From assembly GCF_006345805.1 (NCBI RefSeq), contig NC_042998.1:154318001-154382000 (forward strand): 64,000 nucleotides of DNA, given 5' to 3'. Made by a program: the position numbers and the translations under genes. The stretch comes from Octopus sinensis. Lineage: Eukaryota. This document shows positions 61,269 through 64,000 of the stretch, in pieces. The first letter of the stretch is position 1. Each line of letters opens with the position of its first letter. The notes under the pieces were generated by a model. It worked only from the letters and a program-made list of their open reading frames with translations, searched no databases and had not been told where the DNA came from.

Positions 61269-61351
61269 CATTGCACGATAACAACATTGATTGATTGATT
61301 AAATTGATTAACTAATTTATGATTGTTGATGGCACTGTGAGTCTCAACTGA

Positions 61352-64000
61352 ATGGCTGGCTGTAGCCTTAAAAAGCAAAAATCAATGATGTGCCAAAACA
61401 GTATAAAAATAAATGGCAGTAAGGACTCTGGAACCACAACAGCAGAAAGAGTCTGGCCCGGCAGGGGCTCCAGAGCATCACAGTCTGAACCTGGCCGTCA
61501 CCATGCTACTGTGATAGAACCAAAGAAAATAGTGAATATTGGCTGTTGGAATGTATGGACACTGCTTGACCACAAGTCCTCTGAATGTCCTGAAAGAAGG
61601 ACTGCGCTTGTTGCGAAGGAGCTTCAACGCTATGATCTTGACATTGTTGCTTTATCTGAGATGAGATTACCTGGAGATGGTCATCTTACAGAATCTTGTG
61701 GAAAATATACATTCTTTTGGAAAGGGAGGAATCAAGAGTTTAGAGGAGAAGCATTTGCTGTTAAGACTACTCTTGTGGACAAGTTGGAAGAATTCCCAAT
61801 CGGAATTAACGAGCCTCTTATGTCCATGAGAATTCTTTTGGCTAAAGGAAATTATATGACCTTGGTGAGTGTGTATGCTCCAACTATGTGCTATACTGAT
61901 GATGAAAAACTTTCTTTCTACCATGCTTTGAAGGGCATTATAAGAAATATCCCTCGGGCAGACAAAGTCATCGTACTGGGTGACTTTAATACTAGAGTGG
62001 GAAGGGATTTTAACACATGGACTGTAATTGGAAAACATGGGGTGGGGAAGTGTAATAGTTATGGCATGCTTTTGCTGCAGATGTGTGAGGAGCTGAGTCT
62101 GTGTGTTACCAATACCATTTTTCAACAAAAGAATAAACTTAAGACTACATGGATGCACCCTGCATCTAAAGAATGGCATATTCTGGATTACATCCTAGTT
62201 AGGGTGCGTGACAGACAGGATGTGCAGTGTGTTCATGTTCTTCGTGGAGCTGAGTGTTGGACTGACCACTGCCTAGTATGCGCAAAAGTGAAATTAGTCA
62301 CAAAACATAAAATCCGAGTTGCAGGGATTACCCTGCCTAAAAGACTGAATGTTGATTGTCTTAGGTATAATAGTGTGAAGAGAACTTTACGAGAGGAAAT
62401 GAATGCTGCAGATATTGAGGGGGATTGGCCGACCTGTAAAAAGTCAGTTTATGATATAGGCAAGAAAGTTCTGGGATTGATACAAAGAAAGCATCAAGAT
62501 TGGTTCAAAGAAAATGATGAACATATAGATGATTTATTGGCTGATAAAAGACGTACTTTGTCACGCTATTTGTCAGCAAAGCCACAGGAAAGGGAAGTGT
62601 TGCATAGGGAACTCAAGGACGTAAAATCACATGTGAGGCAAAGGCTCTCTCAGATGAGGGATACGTGGTGGAGTAAGAAGGCTGATGAGATACAGGCGGC
62701 ATCAGATTCCAATAACACAAAGCTGTTGTATGGTCTCTTGCGAGAAGTTTATGGACCGACGTCTTCCCTGATGACACCACTTCGAAGCAGGGATGGTAAA
62801 GAACTTCTTTGTGATTCACAAGGAATTCTGCGAAGGTGGCAAGAACACTTTGATGAACTTTTGAATCAGCAGTCTGTAGTTAGTGAGGATGTTCTCAATC
62901 TCATCCCTGGATTGCCTGTGAAGGCAGCACTCGTGGAACCACCAAAGTTGGAAGAAGTTGCAATGGCTGTCTCAAGTTTGAATAATGGGAGGTCTCCAGG
63001 TATGGATGGCATACATGCGGAGTTGTTACAGCATGGTGGTGAGAAACTTCTGCAGAAACTTCACTCTTTGTTTAGTAAGATATGGACTAGTGAATCTGTA
63101 CCTGAGGACCGGAGAGATGCAGTAATGGTGGTCCTGTATAAGGGAAAGGGCAACAGGAATGATTGTGGTAATTATAGGGGAATATCATTCCTGTCTGCTG
63201 TAGGAAAGGTTTTATGCAGGATACTTCTGGATCGTCTGCTGAAATACATTGCAGATTGTGTTCTTCCAGAAAGTCAATCTGGCTTTCGTAAGGGACGTGG
63301 CACTGCTGATATGATCTTTTCAACTAGACAGCTTCAGGAGAAGTGTGTGGAACAGGGTCTGGATTTGTATCAGGTTTTTGTCAATCTGGCAAAAGCCTTT
63401 GATACCGTCAATAGAAAAGCATTGTGGAAAGTCCTCCAGAAACTTGGGTGTCCTGAAAAGTTCCTTGTTTTGGTTTGGTCTTTTCATGAAGACATGAATG
63501 GTAGGGTGAATGTTAGAAGGAAAATGTCGGAGCCCATTTCAATACAAAATGGAGTGAAACAGGGGGATATTCTGGCACCGACCCTATTTTCCATATATTT
63601 CACGATGGTGTTCTGTATTGCATTCAGAAACTGCAGATACGGTGTTTACGTCCATTATCGAACCTCTGGCAGCATATTTAATATCAGGCGCCTTGCTGCA
63701 AAAACAAAGGTATTTACCTCTATCATAAGAGACTTTTTGTATGCAGATGATTGTGAGCTAGTAGCACACACACAGATTAATATGCAACACATTTTGAATG
63801 CATTCTCTGATGCTTGCACTGCCTTAGGATTGACAGTCAATCTCAAGAAAACTGTTGTCATGCATCAACCTGCCCCTGGTAAGCAGTATAGTGTACCAAA
63901 TATCTATGTGTATGGTAAACGACTTGATGTAGTTGATCAGTTTGTCTACCTTGGAAGCACTATTAATAGATATGGCAATTTGGATGATGAAATTCCATAT
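61352..64000 (+). mobile_element. RTE-clade LINE with a complete N-terminus and an uninterrupted ORF of 883 codons running off the window; antisense within the presumed FAHD1 intron
   Basis: Hand translation from ATG 61352: MAGCSLKKQKSMMCQN...GCWNVWTLLD...LSEMRL...YAPT...GDFN...WTDH...NYRGISFL...FVNLAKAFD...GVKQG...YADD with no stop to 64000. Confidence 0.92.

Noticed and set aside
57632-64000. Upstream FAHD1 exon (expected to contain a GRNY..H motif)
   Set aside because: Not found by eye on the minus strand; presumably lies beyond the window.

Overview
AT-rich animal genomic DNA made up mostly of transposable elements and (TA)n/(CA)n microsatellites. The repeat types (RTEX/RTE/CR1 LINEs with (GAT)n tails, an abundant SINE core, Penelope-like elements) resemble those of a cephalopod such as Octopus; this is an inference from repeat motifs, not a database result. 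Two host-gene pieces are visible, both on the minus strand: the terminal coding exon of FAHD1 (57140-57631) and a short first coding exon with a Rossmann-fold start, possibly CRYL1-like (20923-20975). The TE content is several RTEX copies with an internal PHD finger, four CR1 loci, two RTE elements with uninterrupted ORFs (one runs off the window and is absent from the ORF track), a Tx1/L1-clade LINE, three Penelope-like loci, two related solo LTRs with 4-bp TSDs, a DD41D mariner, a maT remnant, a Helitron and MITE-like elements. The strongest find is a 365-bp tandem array plus one inverted copy at 30785-32945, next to a Naiad-like Penelope element. Each unit carries a minimal type I hammerhead ribozyme with the non-canonical U3-A8 core (UUGACAA...GAAA) and a palindromic helix III, an architecture like a retrozyme or pseudo-LTR. 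Also notable: a CR1 with a twin-priming-type 5' inversion and a fold-back DUP-INV-DUP rearrangement.
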